54,933 nt of DNA. It comes from Chiloscyllium plagiosum (lineage: Eukaryota). Numbering within the stretch: position 1 is the first letter of the stretch; each line of letters begins with the position of its first letter. Positions 1 through 11,074 of this stretch are shown piece after piece. Position numbers and translations under genes: made by a program. Below the pieces are notes generated by a model that saw nothing but the letters and a program-made list of their open reading frames with translations, was not told the origin of the DNA and ran no database searches. The stretch covers positions 6,106,637-6,161,569 of the forward strand of contig NC_057749.1 in NCBI RefSeq assembly GCF_004010195.1. Direction: 5' to 3'.

Positions 1-978
1 GCAGCTTTTTACAATATATATTAATGATATAGAAGATGGTATTAATAGTAGCATTAGCAAATTTGCTGATGATACAAAGCAGGGTGAAATGTGAGGAGGA
101 TGTTAGGAGATTACAGAGTGACCTGGACAGATTAGGTAAGTGGACAGATGCATGGCAGATGCAGTTTAATGTGGATAAATGTATGGTTATCCACTTTGGT
201 GGCAAGAGCAGGAAGGCAGATTATTACCTAAATGGAGTCAACTTAGGTAAAGGGACAGTACAAAGACATCTGGGTGTTCTTGTACACCAGTCAATGAAGG
301 CAAGCATGCAGGTACAGCAGGTAGTGAAGAAAGATAATAGCATGCTGGCCTTCATAACAAGAAGGACTGAGTATAGAAGCAAAGAGGTTCTTCTGCAGCT
401 GTACAGGGCCCTGGTGAGACCGCACCTGGAATATTGTATACAGTTCTGGTCTCCAAATTTGAGGAAAGACATTCTGGCTATTGAGGGAGTGCAGCATAGG
501 TTCACGAGGTCAATTCCTGGAATGGTGGGACTATCTTATGTTGAAAGAGTGGAGCTACTGGGCTTGTATACCCTTGAGTTTAGAAGACCGAGAGGGGATC
601 TGATTGAGACGTATAAGATTATTAAAGGATTGGAGACTCTGAGGGCAGGAAACATGTTGAGTGAGTCCCAAACCAGAGGACACAGCTTAAAAATAAGGGG
701 TAGGCCATTTAGGACAGAGATGAGAAGAAACTTCTTCACCCAGAGAGTGGTGGGTGTGTGGAATGCTCTGCCCCAGAAGGCAGTGGAGGCCCAGTCTCTG
801 AATTCATTTAAGAAAGAGTTGGATAGAGCTCTCAAGGATAGTGGAATCAAGGGTTATGGAGATAAGGCAGGAACAGGATACTAATTGAGGATGATCAGCC
901 ATGATCATAGTGAATGGTGGTGCAGGCTTGAAGGGCAGAATGGCCTACTCCTGAACCTATTGTCTATTGTCTATTGTC
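1..978 (+). mobile_element. CR1-clade LINE, 3' part of ORF2 (RT C-terminus) and 3' UTR
   Basis: KFADDTK at ~60-80, then LQSDLDRL..WQMQFNVDKC..LVRPHLEYCIQFWSP..RRNFFTQRVV in ORF 36..884. Ends in a (CTATTGT)x3 microsatellite tail typical of CR1. Confidence 0.93.
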
Positions 979-999
979 AATTTCCTCCCTCCTGCGGAG

Positions 1000-1925
1000 C
1001 CATTGAAGTACTTTTTGAAGTGTAGTGACTGTTATGATGCAGGAAAGGCGATACAGAGTTTGTGCACAGCAAGCTCCCACAAACTGCAATGAGTGAATGA
1101 CCTGATGTCTTGCTGCAGCTGAACAAAATTCTGGTGGGGCTGCACTTGGAGTATTGTGTACAGTTCTGGTCTCTGCATTACAGGAAGGATGTGGAAGGTT
1201 TGGAAAGGGTTCAGAGGAGATTTACTAAGATGTTGCTTAGTATGGAAGGAAGGTTTTATGAGGAAAGGTTGAGGGACTTGAGGCTGTTTTTGTTAAAGAG
1301 AAGGTTGAGAGGTGACTTAATTGAGACATATAAGATGATCAGACGGTTAGATAGGGTGGACAGTAAGAGCCTTTTTCCTCGGATGGTGATGGTCAGCATG
1401 AGGGGACATAACTTTAAATTGAGGGGCGATAGATATAGGACAGATATCAGATTTAGTTTCTTTACTAAGAGTGGAATGCACTGCCTGTGACAGTAATAGA
1501 CTCACCAAGTTTAAGGGTATTTAGATGGTCATTAGATAAACAGATGGATGAAAATGGAATAGTGTAGGATAGATAGGCTTCAGATTGGTTCCACAGGTCG
1601 GCGCAACAGCGAGGGCCGAAGGGCCTGTACTGTGCTGTAATGTTCTACATTCTATGATGTTGATTGAGGCCAGGGCACAGTGGAAAACTGCCTTGCCTTC
1701 CCTTTGAAATATTTCAAGGGAATGTTTTCAGATCAAATGAGAGGGAAGTTGGGCATTCAGTTTGACAACTCATCTGAAAGACGGCACCTCGGACAATGCA
1801 GCACTCCCTCAGTACTGCACTGCAGAGTCAGCCTAGATATTTGAACTGACACCTGGGAGTCTTAACTTGAACGTGCACAACCTTCTGATTCAGTCACGAG
1901 TCCTACCAAAAGAGCCATAGCTGAC
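1000..1925 (-). mobile_element. SacSINE1/DeuSINE-like SINE split by a CR1 insertion (pieces ~1000-1106 and ~1657-1925)
   Basis: Reverse complement contains the tRNA-like head, the CAGTACTGAGGGAGTGCTGCA..GAGGTGCCGTCTTTCAGATGAG core and the ..GTGGGAGCTTGCTGTGC..CACTACACTTCAAAAAGTACTTCA tail. Family assignment from recall. Confidence 0.65.
1107..1656 (+). mobile_element. 5'-truncated CR1 LINE
   Basis: ORF 1110..1490 LHLEYCVQFWSLHYRKDVEGLERVQRRFTKML..LRGDLIETYKMI; 3' UTR ending GGGCCGAAGGGCCTGTACTGTGCTGTAATGTTCTA. Confidence 0.9.
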
Positions 1926-2129
1926 TCAAAGGAGAAAATTGTGATTAAGAAAAAGGGAGTTTGGAATGTTCAAACAATTATTAGAAAGAATGTCCAACAA
2001 AAGAGGTTATTGAGTTGTCCTTTAATTTTTTTGAAACTGGTAATTTCTTTTCTTGTACAATAAATTTTCATGCTACACAGGAAAATAGCACAACACCAGG
2101 TTATAGTCCAACAGGTTTAATTGGAAGCA

Positions 2130-2164
2130 CACTAGCTTTCGGAGCGCCGCTCCTTCATCAGGTG
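2130..2164 (-). ncRNA. Minimal type I hammerhead ribozyme motif (antisense arm)
   Basis: Reverse complement reads CAC-CTGATGA-A-GGAGC(GGC)GCTCC-GAAA-GCTA-GTG. Confidence 0.8.
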
Positions 2165-2178
2165 GTTGTGGACACTAT

Positions 2179-2213
2179 CACCTGATGAAGGAGCAGCGCT
2201 CCGAAAGCTAGTG
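2179..2213 (+). ncRNA. Minimal type I hammerhead ribozyme motif (PLE-type)
   Basis: CAC-CTGATGA-A-GGAGC(AGC)GCTCC-GAAA-GCTA-GTG: stem I CAC/GTG, intact core, 5-bp stem II, palindromic AGCT replacing stem III, CUA cleavage triplet. Activity not shown. Confidence 0.8.
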
Positions 2214-3039
2214 TGCTTCCAATTAAACCTGTTGGACTATAACCTGGTGTTGTGTGATTTTTAACTTTGTACACCCCAGTTCAACACTGGCACCTCCAAA
2301 TCAGGAAAATAGCATGTTCTACAGAAGTGCTTTAGTTGCCGGGCATGTTGTAGTGAGGCCACTGAGAGGGTGACTGTACACAATAATAATTTGGTTAGAG
2401 CTGTAGATTGGCTTCCCTGGAGTGAAAGCTCTAAAAGCACACAGATTATCCGAACATTTGTAGTTGCACAGCAATTACCCCAAGCAGCATGGTATCTGCA
2501 GAAGAGGTGTGTTTTGTTGCTGGTTTTCCCTTCACAAAGCTCCTATGAAGCTTTTTGTTAACAAGTTGTGATTTAACAAGGTAATAACTGCTTTGCAATT
2601 TACAGCTCACAACTGCTGCTAGGAAGGCAGTAGTGTAATGGTACTGTCATAGAAGAGTAATCCCAAGTCTTCCATTAATGCTTTTTGGGATATGGGTTCA
2701 AATCCCATCAAGGTAGCTTGTGGGATTCAATGAATAAATCTGACATGTAAAGCTTTAAGGGCAATTAAGGAGGGATAGCAAATGTTGTCAAATGCCTGTA
2801 TCCGATGACAGAATTTTTAAGCAAATCTTGGGTCCATCCATGGCACTAGTTTTTGTTCCCATGTTTATCTATGAACATTAAGAAAATAATAGGTAGGATG
2901 AGACAAATCAGGTCTGTTTTCTCTAGAATTTAAAAGAATAAGGAGTGATCAAAGTCTTCAAGATTTTAACAGGAAAAATATGGTAGATAAAGATAAACAA
3001 TTATCATTAGTTGGGTGTTATAGAATTAGGGGGCATAAT

Positions 3040-3135
3040 CTGAGGAAGGGTCACTCAAACGGAAACATGAACTCTGATTTCTCTCCACAGCTGCTGCCAG
3101 ACCTGCTGAGCTTTTCCAGCAATTTCTATTTTTGG
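3040..3135 (+). mobile_element. Old PLE-like 3' terminal fragment with decayed hammerhead core, inside an old CR1 fragment (~2890-3210)
   Basis: CTGAGGAAGGGTCACT..GAAACATG..CTCTCCACAGCTGCTGCCAGACCTGCTGAGCTTTTCCAGCA. Related copies on the - strand at ~29750-29870, 36040-36160, 39095-39222 and 52265-52360, and on + at ~30675-30748. Confidence 0.55.
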
Positions 3136-3417
3136 CAAATCTGCGAATTAGTGCCAGACCAATCAGGTGGTAGATGTTTGAAACTCTCATCCACACGCAA
3201 ATGGCAGTGGACTCTGTTCTATTAACCTGATATATGTGTGTAAGGTATGATTTGTCTGGTTAGTATGCAAAACAATAATTTTCACTGTATCTCAGTACAT
3301 GTGGCAATAATGTATCAAATTAAATCAAATTGTTTCAAAAAAGGTGTTTGCTTTGGAGAAATGAAGGTTGAGAGAAGTGTTCAAAATCCAGAGGAGTTGG
3401 ATGGGGACAGTTGTCAA

Positions 3418-3652
3418 TGTAGTGACTGCAATTAGGTCAGCCAGCTGGATCTTGTAGATTATGAGTTCACTGATTGGGCCTGGTAATCTTTTTCAACCAG
3501 GGAGCCCTGGCTGACAGATAAAAAGAGGAGTGTCAGAGATTTCGGCACTCTGGGTGCTGTCTCTGATGAAGCTATGCCAGTGTCAAAGATTCTCCATGTG
3601 TGAATAAAGGATGACTTGGTGACAGGATAGCAGCCTCTGTGGAGTTAATTCA
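3418..3652 (+). mobile_element. Probable solo LTR
   Basis: 235 bp bounded by TG...CA, with TATA-like GATAAAAA (~3517), AATAAA (3603-3608) and a near-perfect 5-bp TSD GTCAA/GTCAT (3413-3417; 3653-3657). Confidence 0.6.
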
Positions 3653-4397
3653 GTCATATATCTCATGGTCAGTACATCTGTACACCTTTAAGAATAAAGT
3701 AAATTTGCCTGGTGATGACTGGTGGTGGTTTAACCTGAGGGTGACCATGCCTTAGGTCAGGTTGAAGAGGTTCATGGTGATGTTGACTGCGCTTTTAAAA
3801 CAAACAGTTTGTCAGTATACCTTTATGAACCATGCTAATGGGCATCAGCACTGTATCATGGTATGGCAGCTAAGGCTATGAAGCTCGCATGCTCCATCTT
3901 ACTCCAGGGTCAGTTCTGAATGTATGCCAAATTGTGGAGGCAGGCATGAAATATGATTGATTCCCCCAATCTACAGATGCACAAACTTTGAGGCTGTGCA
4001 TTGATAATATACTTCCTTAATACCTTCAAATGTGGTGTTTCTGTCAGAAATGCTTTCAGTATGACATGCAGTTAGCAGCCCAGTAGATCTGGCAATGAGG
4101 TACTAGCACCAGTGTAAATAAAAAAAAAACACATTTTCTTATCACCGCGCTAACAGACTACTGAGTAACAATGAGTCAGTGGGCATTTTTACTTTGGCTT
4201 CTGACCTGATGATGGTTTCTGCATTTCCCAATAGAGTTTGAACAAAAGGCAAAGGATAAGTCGGCAATGGCAGAAAACCCAATTTTGTTTTGAATGCTTT
4301 GTTGTTTTTTATAGTCCAGTAGTCACTGTTTGCAATTATGCTCCCATTAATTTACAAATGCCTCCCATTTGCTGATGACTGTAACTTTTCTGAGTTA

Positions 4398-5817
4398 GGA
4401 TTAAGGTAAAAATAATATATAGCCACAATTGTACGGGCACCTCATGAGCACCACTGTGCCCACATGATAAAATCAGCGAATGATAGAGCACAGATAGACC
4501 CCATTCAGCTTATTCCTGTTTGGAAAACAAGCAGCCAATCGGGCGGCATGGTCCCTCAGTGGTTAGCACAGCGCCAGGGACATGGGTTCAAGCCCTAAGC
4601 TTGGGTGACTATCTGTGTGGAGTTTGTACTTTCTCCCGTGTCCATAAGACATAGGAGAGGAAGTAAGGCCAATCGGCCCATTGAGTCCACTCTACCATTT
4701 AATCATGGCTGATGGATCTGTGCAGGTTTCCTCCCACACACCAAAGATTGTCTGTGGTGTCTAGGGATGTGTAGGTTTAACCACAGGAAATGCAGGGTTA
4801 TATTTCTGAGCAAATGCAGCTTTTTCTTTCCTGAGCCCATTTTTTAACCCGAGATCAAGATTCATCAATGTATAATCATTGGTAAAACAGGCTCTGGTGG
4901 TGCAGTCATGGTGTCTCGCCCTCTGGCTAAGGAAGTCCAGTTTCTTTGAAGGTTAGTATGGGCTGAATGGCCTCCTTTCATACTGAGCAATACAGGAGGA
5001 GAAGGAATTTGCAAAATTTCCAAGCACAAAATGAAACTGAACCAGCGATCAGGTTGGTAACGGAAGTACAAAAAGGGCTAACAGTCAGAGATCTAAGAGC
5101 TTGGCTATGTGCAACCGAAATGCTGGATATTCCACATGCTGTTTGAAGGAGTAGAGTAGTCAGATTCAGGAAATCATAGAATCCCTTCAGTACGGAAGGA
5201 GGCCATTCAGCCCATACCAACCTTCAAAGAGCATCCTACCCTATCCCTATAACCCTGCATTTCGCATGGCTAAACCTGCACATCCCTAGACACCACAGAC
5301 CATCCACCAAACCTGCACATCTTCGGTTTGTGGGAGGAAACCTGCACAGACCCATCAGCCATGATTAAACGGCAGAGTGGAGTCAATGGGCCGAATGGCC
5401 TTACTTCCACTCCTATGTTTTATGGACACAGGAGAAAATGCAAACTCCTGGCACTGTGAGACAGCAGTGCTTACCACTGAGGAGCCATGCCACCCAATTG
5501 GCTGCTTATTTTCCAAACAGGAATGAGCTTAATGGGGTCTATCTGTGCTCTATCATTCGCTGACTTCTATCATGTGGGCACAGTGGTGCTCATGAGGTGC
5601 CCGTTCAGTTGTGGCTATATATTATTTTTACATTAACCCATTATATGACTGACCTCTGAGGCAGGTGAGACTTGAAACTGGACTTCCTTAGCCAGAGGGC
5701 GAGACACTATGACTGCACCACCAGAGCCTGTTTTACCAATGATTATACATTGATGAATCTTGATCTCAGGTTAAAAAATGGGCTCAGGAAAGAAAAAGCT
5801 GCATTTGCTCAGAAATA
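4398..5817. repeat. Complex local inverted duplication
   Basis: 4398-4802 matches the reverse complement of 5248-5639; 4801-4944 matches rc of 5674-5817; 4943-4986 matches rc of 5187-5230. Includes non-repeat flank plus an HE1 SINE carrying the same nested LINE tail in both arms. Confidence 0.92.
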
Positions 5818-7585
5818 GCTCAGTGCTTGAGGGGACTTGATAAGGTAAATATTCAAAGGTAGTTTCCCCTTGTAGGAGGTTCTAAAGCTAAAGGAGACAG
5901 TTTTACAGATTCACAGAATTGTTACAACACAGAACGAGGCTATTTGGTCTATTGTGTCTGTACTAGTTCTATTTCCTTGTGCCAATCTCCAACCTTTCCT
6001 GCCAGTTCTTGTCTTGGAAACACAGCCAATGTTTCATGTATTGTGCTCTAAACATTTTCTTCCAGTTCACAGCTGCACCTAACAGTCGGTCTCAACATTC
6101 ACAGGAAATTCACTAACACAGCCTCCTGAATCATTTGAGACAATTATGCTCCATTGACATCAACAGCGATAATAAGATGTGGTTAATAATTATAGATGAT
6201 CGATTTAAGCACAGCGGCTCTATCTATCGCCACGGATCCAACTCAGCATCACAGTGCCTTGTATCTGATCTCCGCCCTTTAACCCGACTCGTGTCAACTT
6301 GCTGTCTTGTGATGTAAGGACATAAGAACTAGGAATAGGAGTAGGCCATTCAGCTCTCTAGCCTGCCTCATCATTTAATACGATCATGGCTGATCCCATC
6401 TCGGCCTCAACTCTACTATCCTGCTTATTCTCCATAACCCTTCAACCCATTACTAATGAAAAGTGTCTATCACCTCCTCAAATTTACTCAATGTCTCAGC
6501 AACCAATGCATGCTGGGGTAGTGAATCCCTCAGATTCATGACCCTTTGAGGGAAGTAATTTCGTTCTCATCTCCATGACAAGATGCGGGTAAAAATAACG
6601 GTGGGGGGGGGGGGGGCTCCCATTTATGACTCTGATGACAATTTGTTGCTCTTAGATTGTTATGAATCTGTGGGACTCACTTCTCCAAAGAGCAGTGGAG
6701 GCAGGGCCAATGAATATTTCTAAGGCTGGGTTAGATTGATTCTTGACCAACATGGATGTCAAAGGGTGTCGGGGGATAAGCAAAGCAGTGGTCTTGTAGC
6801 TGCAATCAGAACAGCCATGATCTTATCAAATAGCAGAGCAGAGTCTGCTCCTAATTCATATGCTGGTATGCACTTTGCACGTTAGGGCCACTCAGAGTGT
6901 CACGAAAGTGTTTGTGCGGATAACTCCACACTGAATAGATCATTTGCCATCCAGCACTGCCACCACTACATTACCGGTAATGCTTTAAGATCTGGAGAAA
7001 GATTTTTTTTCTGGTTATGAATGGGCTTCATTCATCAACGTCAGATGCATGGAAGCCCCCCCCCCCCACCGCTGAGCTGAGATTTTTGCAACCCTCCAGC
7101 AGAAAGCCGAGCTGCAACTCTCTAACTTCAAGATATGTGCTTTTATGTGGGTGTGCGTGCATGTACAACTCAATCCAATTGTTGACAGATTCCGCACGAG
7201 TCAGTGAAGGGGCATTAGCACTTGTGTGTCTCTGTCATACAAAATTGAGGCTAAATCATTCTAGAGGTACAGTTTTCATCAATGATCAGGCTTGCCGGAC
7301 ATTAGGGAGACCACTGTAGCTTGTACACTGCAGAATTATAAGTTTATTGGGTTTTAGTGACTTCTCTTTGAAACCTCAGTGACAAGGGCAAGAGTTAGAT
7401 TTGCTAAGTTCTGACCTTAAGTCACTAGGTTGGCTCTAGTTCTTTGGTCTAGCCATTCCAAATATGACCAATATTGTTGGATGTAGAGTACAGGCCCTTT
7501 TAAAGTTTTGTTAGCCCTGCACCAGCCACTGATTGAAGGTGCTTAATGTCCAGTAACTTCACCTTTTCTTTCTCCCCCTCCACAG

Positions 7586-7732
7586 TACAAGCAAGTGGAA
7601 CAGTACATGTCCTTCCACAAGTTACCAGCTGACATGCGCCAGCGAATCCACGATTATTACGAGCATCGCTTTCAGGGCAAGATGTTTGATGAGGAGAATA
7701 TTCTCGGGGAGCTCAGCGATCCTCTACGTGAG
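7586..7732 (+). CDS. HCN channel internal exon (C-linker; equivalent to vertebrate HCN exon 5)
   Basis: Polypyrimidine tract plus cacag acceptor at 7581-7585 and GAG|gtgagg donor at 7733. 147 bp, phase 0/0, translating [49 protein letters not shown], the canonical HCN C-linker. Absent from the ORF track. Confidence 0.97.
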
Positions 7733-7929
7733 GTGAGGAACTGTTAAACAGCAAACTCTTGGTTTGTGACGTTTTAAATGTTTACATCAACTTGGCCCAG
7801 TCAACTGGGATCAGAAAGTTCTGCTTCATGCCTTCGAGGTGATTCAATTTCCATCATTAATAGATTCCTGTTGCATTCCTCCTGGTCATTTTCGGGGCTG
7901 CAATGTAAGTTTGGCTACTAGAATGGCCT

Positions 7930-8120
7930 GTAGCCCCAGTGGACCATAGGGCCACTCTCTCATTTCAGGGAGTTTAACCTGAGGGTCACTACTCTCAGGC
8001 AAAAGGTAAGGTTGAGAAAGCAGAACCTTCATATTAGTTTCAACCAGTGCAGGAATTGAACTTTATGCTGTTGGTATCACTCTGCATTGCAATCCAGCTC
8101 TGCAGCCAATCAAGCTCTCC
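7930..8120 (-). mobile_element. tRNA-derived SINE, second family (copies also at ~3715-3780, 14298-14498, 27235-27350 plus 28217-28252, 35178-35412, 35428-35692, 42733-42918)
   Basis: Shared body GACCATAGGG..GACTGGTGGT..TTAACCTGAGGGTCACCAC..CCTCAGG..GTTGAGAAGG..CCTTCATGGTAACCTC. On the - strand the head has A-box-like TAGCTCAGTTGG and B-box-like GTTCAATTCC. Confidence 0.65.
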
Positions 8121-8317
8121 AACACGCTATACATGGAAGAGAGATCAAAATTTGCAAAGTAGTTGGGCAGGAACTTTATTTTCAAGGTACTCAGTTTCAG
8201 TGGAGTTGGATCCCTCAAGATCCCTCAAGATCTAGTTATAAAATGTGACCAATTTTTCCCCGCTAGTTACAGGCTTCCATTGTGCCCATGGGTAAGGGGC
8301 TTGGCAGCAGCTATTTA

Positions 8318-8570
8318 TAGAATCATAGAGTCACACAGCATGGAAACAGACCTGTTGGTCCAACTCATTCATGCCAACCAGACATCCCAAATTAATCTCG
8401 TCCTGTTTGCCAGCATCTGGCCCACATCCTGTAAACGCCTGCTATTCCTGTACCCATCCAGATGCTTTTTAAATGTTGCAATTGTATCAGCTTCCACCAC
8501 TTCCTCTGACAGCTCATTCCATACTCGCAACACCTTCTGTGTGAAAAGGTTTTCCTTTAAGTCCCTTATA
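8318..8570 (-). mobile_element. CR1 3' end fragment
   Basis: Tail ATAGAATCATAGAGTCA and rc of GAATGAGCTGTCAGAGGAAGTGGTGGAAGC, shared with other CR1 copies. Confidence 0.8.
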
Positions 8571-9607
8571 TATCTTTGCTGTTGGTGTTAACTTTGCTCA
8601 AGTGAAGATACTGGTGGTATTTGTGACTCTAATATCTAATGGCCCTAAAGCCTGTGTATAGCCTTGCAAACCGTGACAAAGTATGTTCCATCACATGCTA
8701 CCACACTCATTAGTCAGACATCAGTCATTAGTTGGCCAACACATCTATCCCTGTATTGCACCATTTTGCTATGCCATTTGGAAAGCAAGAGGACTTATTA
8801 TTGACTGCCAGCCAAGCAGCTTTCTCTGTTTGTTTTATCAATTTTCAAAAGTTTTATTTCTGCTGAAAACCCTTGATGTTTACACTGACGAGGCACGGCA
8901 CTGTAAAATACCATTACCGCAGGGAAGGACTGTTCAATGGAATATCTAACTGCAGTGAAGTGCCCTTATCTTAGAAATGAAAAAGAGACTCTATAGACTT
9001 TCCTCCTGCCGTGTGTGTTTCTCCGATCGGCTGGAAGCATTAGCATCAGAATGATGAGGGGCATGGTTCACGTCACTACCCCTCTGATCTGATCGAGGTG
9101 AAACCTCTTTTCAGGTTAGAAAGGGGCTGACATTATCAAGCCTCCTTCCCCCCACTTTATATATATCAGACTCTTCTACATTTGAAAATAAATCTTACTA
9201 TCATGTCCAGATTTGTTATTGTTTTGCTGCTATTTTTGTATATTTATGACGAAAACATCCAAGGATCAGACAGCCTGAAGGTATATCTGAGCTCCACAGT
9301 TTTATTAGAAGCTGAAATAACACTGTGGATAGTTCCTCTTTGTTACCTGGAGGGTGAGTCAGTGTGGGCCCTGCTCTCTCAGACTGCACTGATTCCCTGC
9401 AGGTAAGCTGCCCCCATTATGCCATCACTGTTTGAATGTACATAATCAGTTGAGCGCAAACAAAAGGTGGTTAATGTTAATGATAATTCTTTGGAACTGG
9501 GTTTTAACAAAATGCTGAGGGAGAATGGAAGGAGCCATAATAAGCAATGGCACAGATTTTGGGATGTGGGTGATTGTCCCATGTCTTGCCAACAGGCCAG
9601 TGGGTTG

Positions 9608-9925
9608 GGCAACATGGTGGCTCAGTGGTTAGCATTGCTGCCTCATAGAACCAGGGAGCTAGGTTCGATTGCACCCTCAGAAGACTGTTTGCACACTCTC
9701 CCTGTGTCTGTGTGGATTTCCTCTGGGGGTTCTGGTTTCCGTCCAACGATGTGCAGGTTAGCTGCATTGGCCGTGCTAAATTGTCCAGGGATGTGTAGGT
9801 CAGATGGATTAGCTGAGGAAAATGTAGGGTTATGGGGAATAGGGTCTGGGTGGGGTGCTCTTTGAAGGGTCAGTGTGGACTCGATGGGCCCAATGGCCTG
9901 CTTCCACGCTGTATTAATTCTATTC
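9608..9925 (+). mobile_element. HE1-type tRNA-derived SINE
   Basis: GGCAACATGGTGGCTCAGTGGTTAGCATTGCTGCCTCA head, B-box GGTTCGATT, CR1-like tail GATGGGCCCAATGGCCTGCTTCCACGCTGT. Confidence 0.85.
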
Positions 9926-10140
9926 TATCTCAATTGCATACTATCAGGTGGCATTGTCGATAGAGGAAGGAAAAAATGCATCTACCAGTCACACTTCCCA
10001 AACAGCAACAGCTGCCAAGACAACAGGGTGGGCTGAGAGTAGATTTCCAGCCTGCCACCTCAGAATGTTATTAAAAAGGGCAGACTTAAGAAATCACTTT
10101 AAAATTGTTCAAAGATCTCATCCAAGTTCCCAGAGGAATC

Positions 10141-10463
10141 TAGTTCGATTAGATTAGATTCCCTACAGTGTGGAAACAGGCCCTTCAGCCCAACAAGTCC
10201 ACACCGGCCCTCTGAAGAGTAACCCACCCAGATCCATTTCCCTCTGACTAATACACCTAAATCTACAGGCAATCCACAATGGCCAATTCACCTGACCTGC
10301 ACATCTTTGGACTATGGGAAGAAACTGGAACACCCGGAGGAAACCCACACAGTCACGGGGAGAATGTACAAACTCCACACAGACATTCGCCCAAGGCTGG
10401 AATCAAACCTGGGTCCCTGGCATTGTGAGGCAGCAGTGCTAACCACTGAGCTACCATGCTGCC
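10141..10463 (-). mobile_element. HE1-type SINE
   Basis: Full head-to-tail reverse complement of the HE1 pattern, with (TAGAT)n tail. Confidence 0.88.
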
Positions 10464-10599
10464 TTAGTTGGTAGAGTAGTCATCAATCTGGGCAGACCAG
10501 GTTTGATCTCAACTCTGACACCAATTCTGGCAGTTTCAACTGGCCTCATCTGGAAACGGGATAAAATCAACTTGTTATCACTGCCCAATAATGAGTTCA

Positions 10600-11042
10600 G
10601 ATTTACAAGGTTGTTGTCAGGGGTGGAGGGAGAGGCTGAATAGGCTGGGGCTGTTTTCTCTGGAGTGTCGGAGGCTGAGGGATGACTTTATAGAGGTTTA
10701 TAAAATCCTGAGGGGCATGGATAAGGTAAATAGATTAGGTCGTTACCCTGGCTTGGGAGAATCCAGAACTAGAGGGCATAGGTTTAGGGTGAGAGGGGAA
10801 AAATGTAAAAGAGACTTAAGAGGCAATTTTTTCACAGAGGGTAGTGCGTGTATGGAATGAGCTGCCAGAGGAAGTGGTGGAGGCTGGTACAATTATGATA
10901 TTTAAAAGGCATCTGGATGGGAAGGGTTTAGAGGGATATGGGCCAAGGGCTGGCAAATAGGACTAGACTGACTTAGGACCTGGTCGGCATGGACAAGTTG
11001 GACCGAAGGGTCTATTTCCACGCTGTACATCTCTATGACTCT
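10600..11042 (+). mobile_element. 5'-truncated CR1 LINE
   Basis: ERLNRLGLFSLECRRLRDDFIEVYKILRG..DLRGNFF; tail ACATCTCTATGACTCTA. Confidence 0.88.
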
Positions 11043-11074
11043 AAAATGTATCCACTTAGATATTTCATGATAAC

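Larger units (their letters stand above)
2091..2301 (+). mobile_element. Fold-back PLE-derived insertion, family B
   Basis: 76-bp inverted arms 2089-2164 and 2179-2254 with 1 mismatch and a 14-nt loop. Terminal extension ..CACCTCCAAATC. Flanked by direct repeat CAGGAAAATAGCA (2078-2090 and 2302-2314). Confidence 0.85.

Noticed and set aside
36..884. 282-aa ORF as a host gene
   Set aside because: It is CR1 ORF2 C-terminus, frameshifted near position 80 and followed by a CR1 3' UTR and microsatellite tail.
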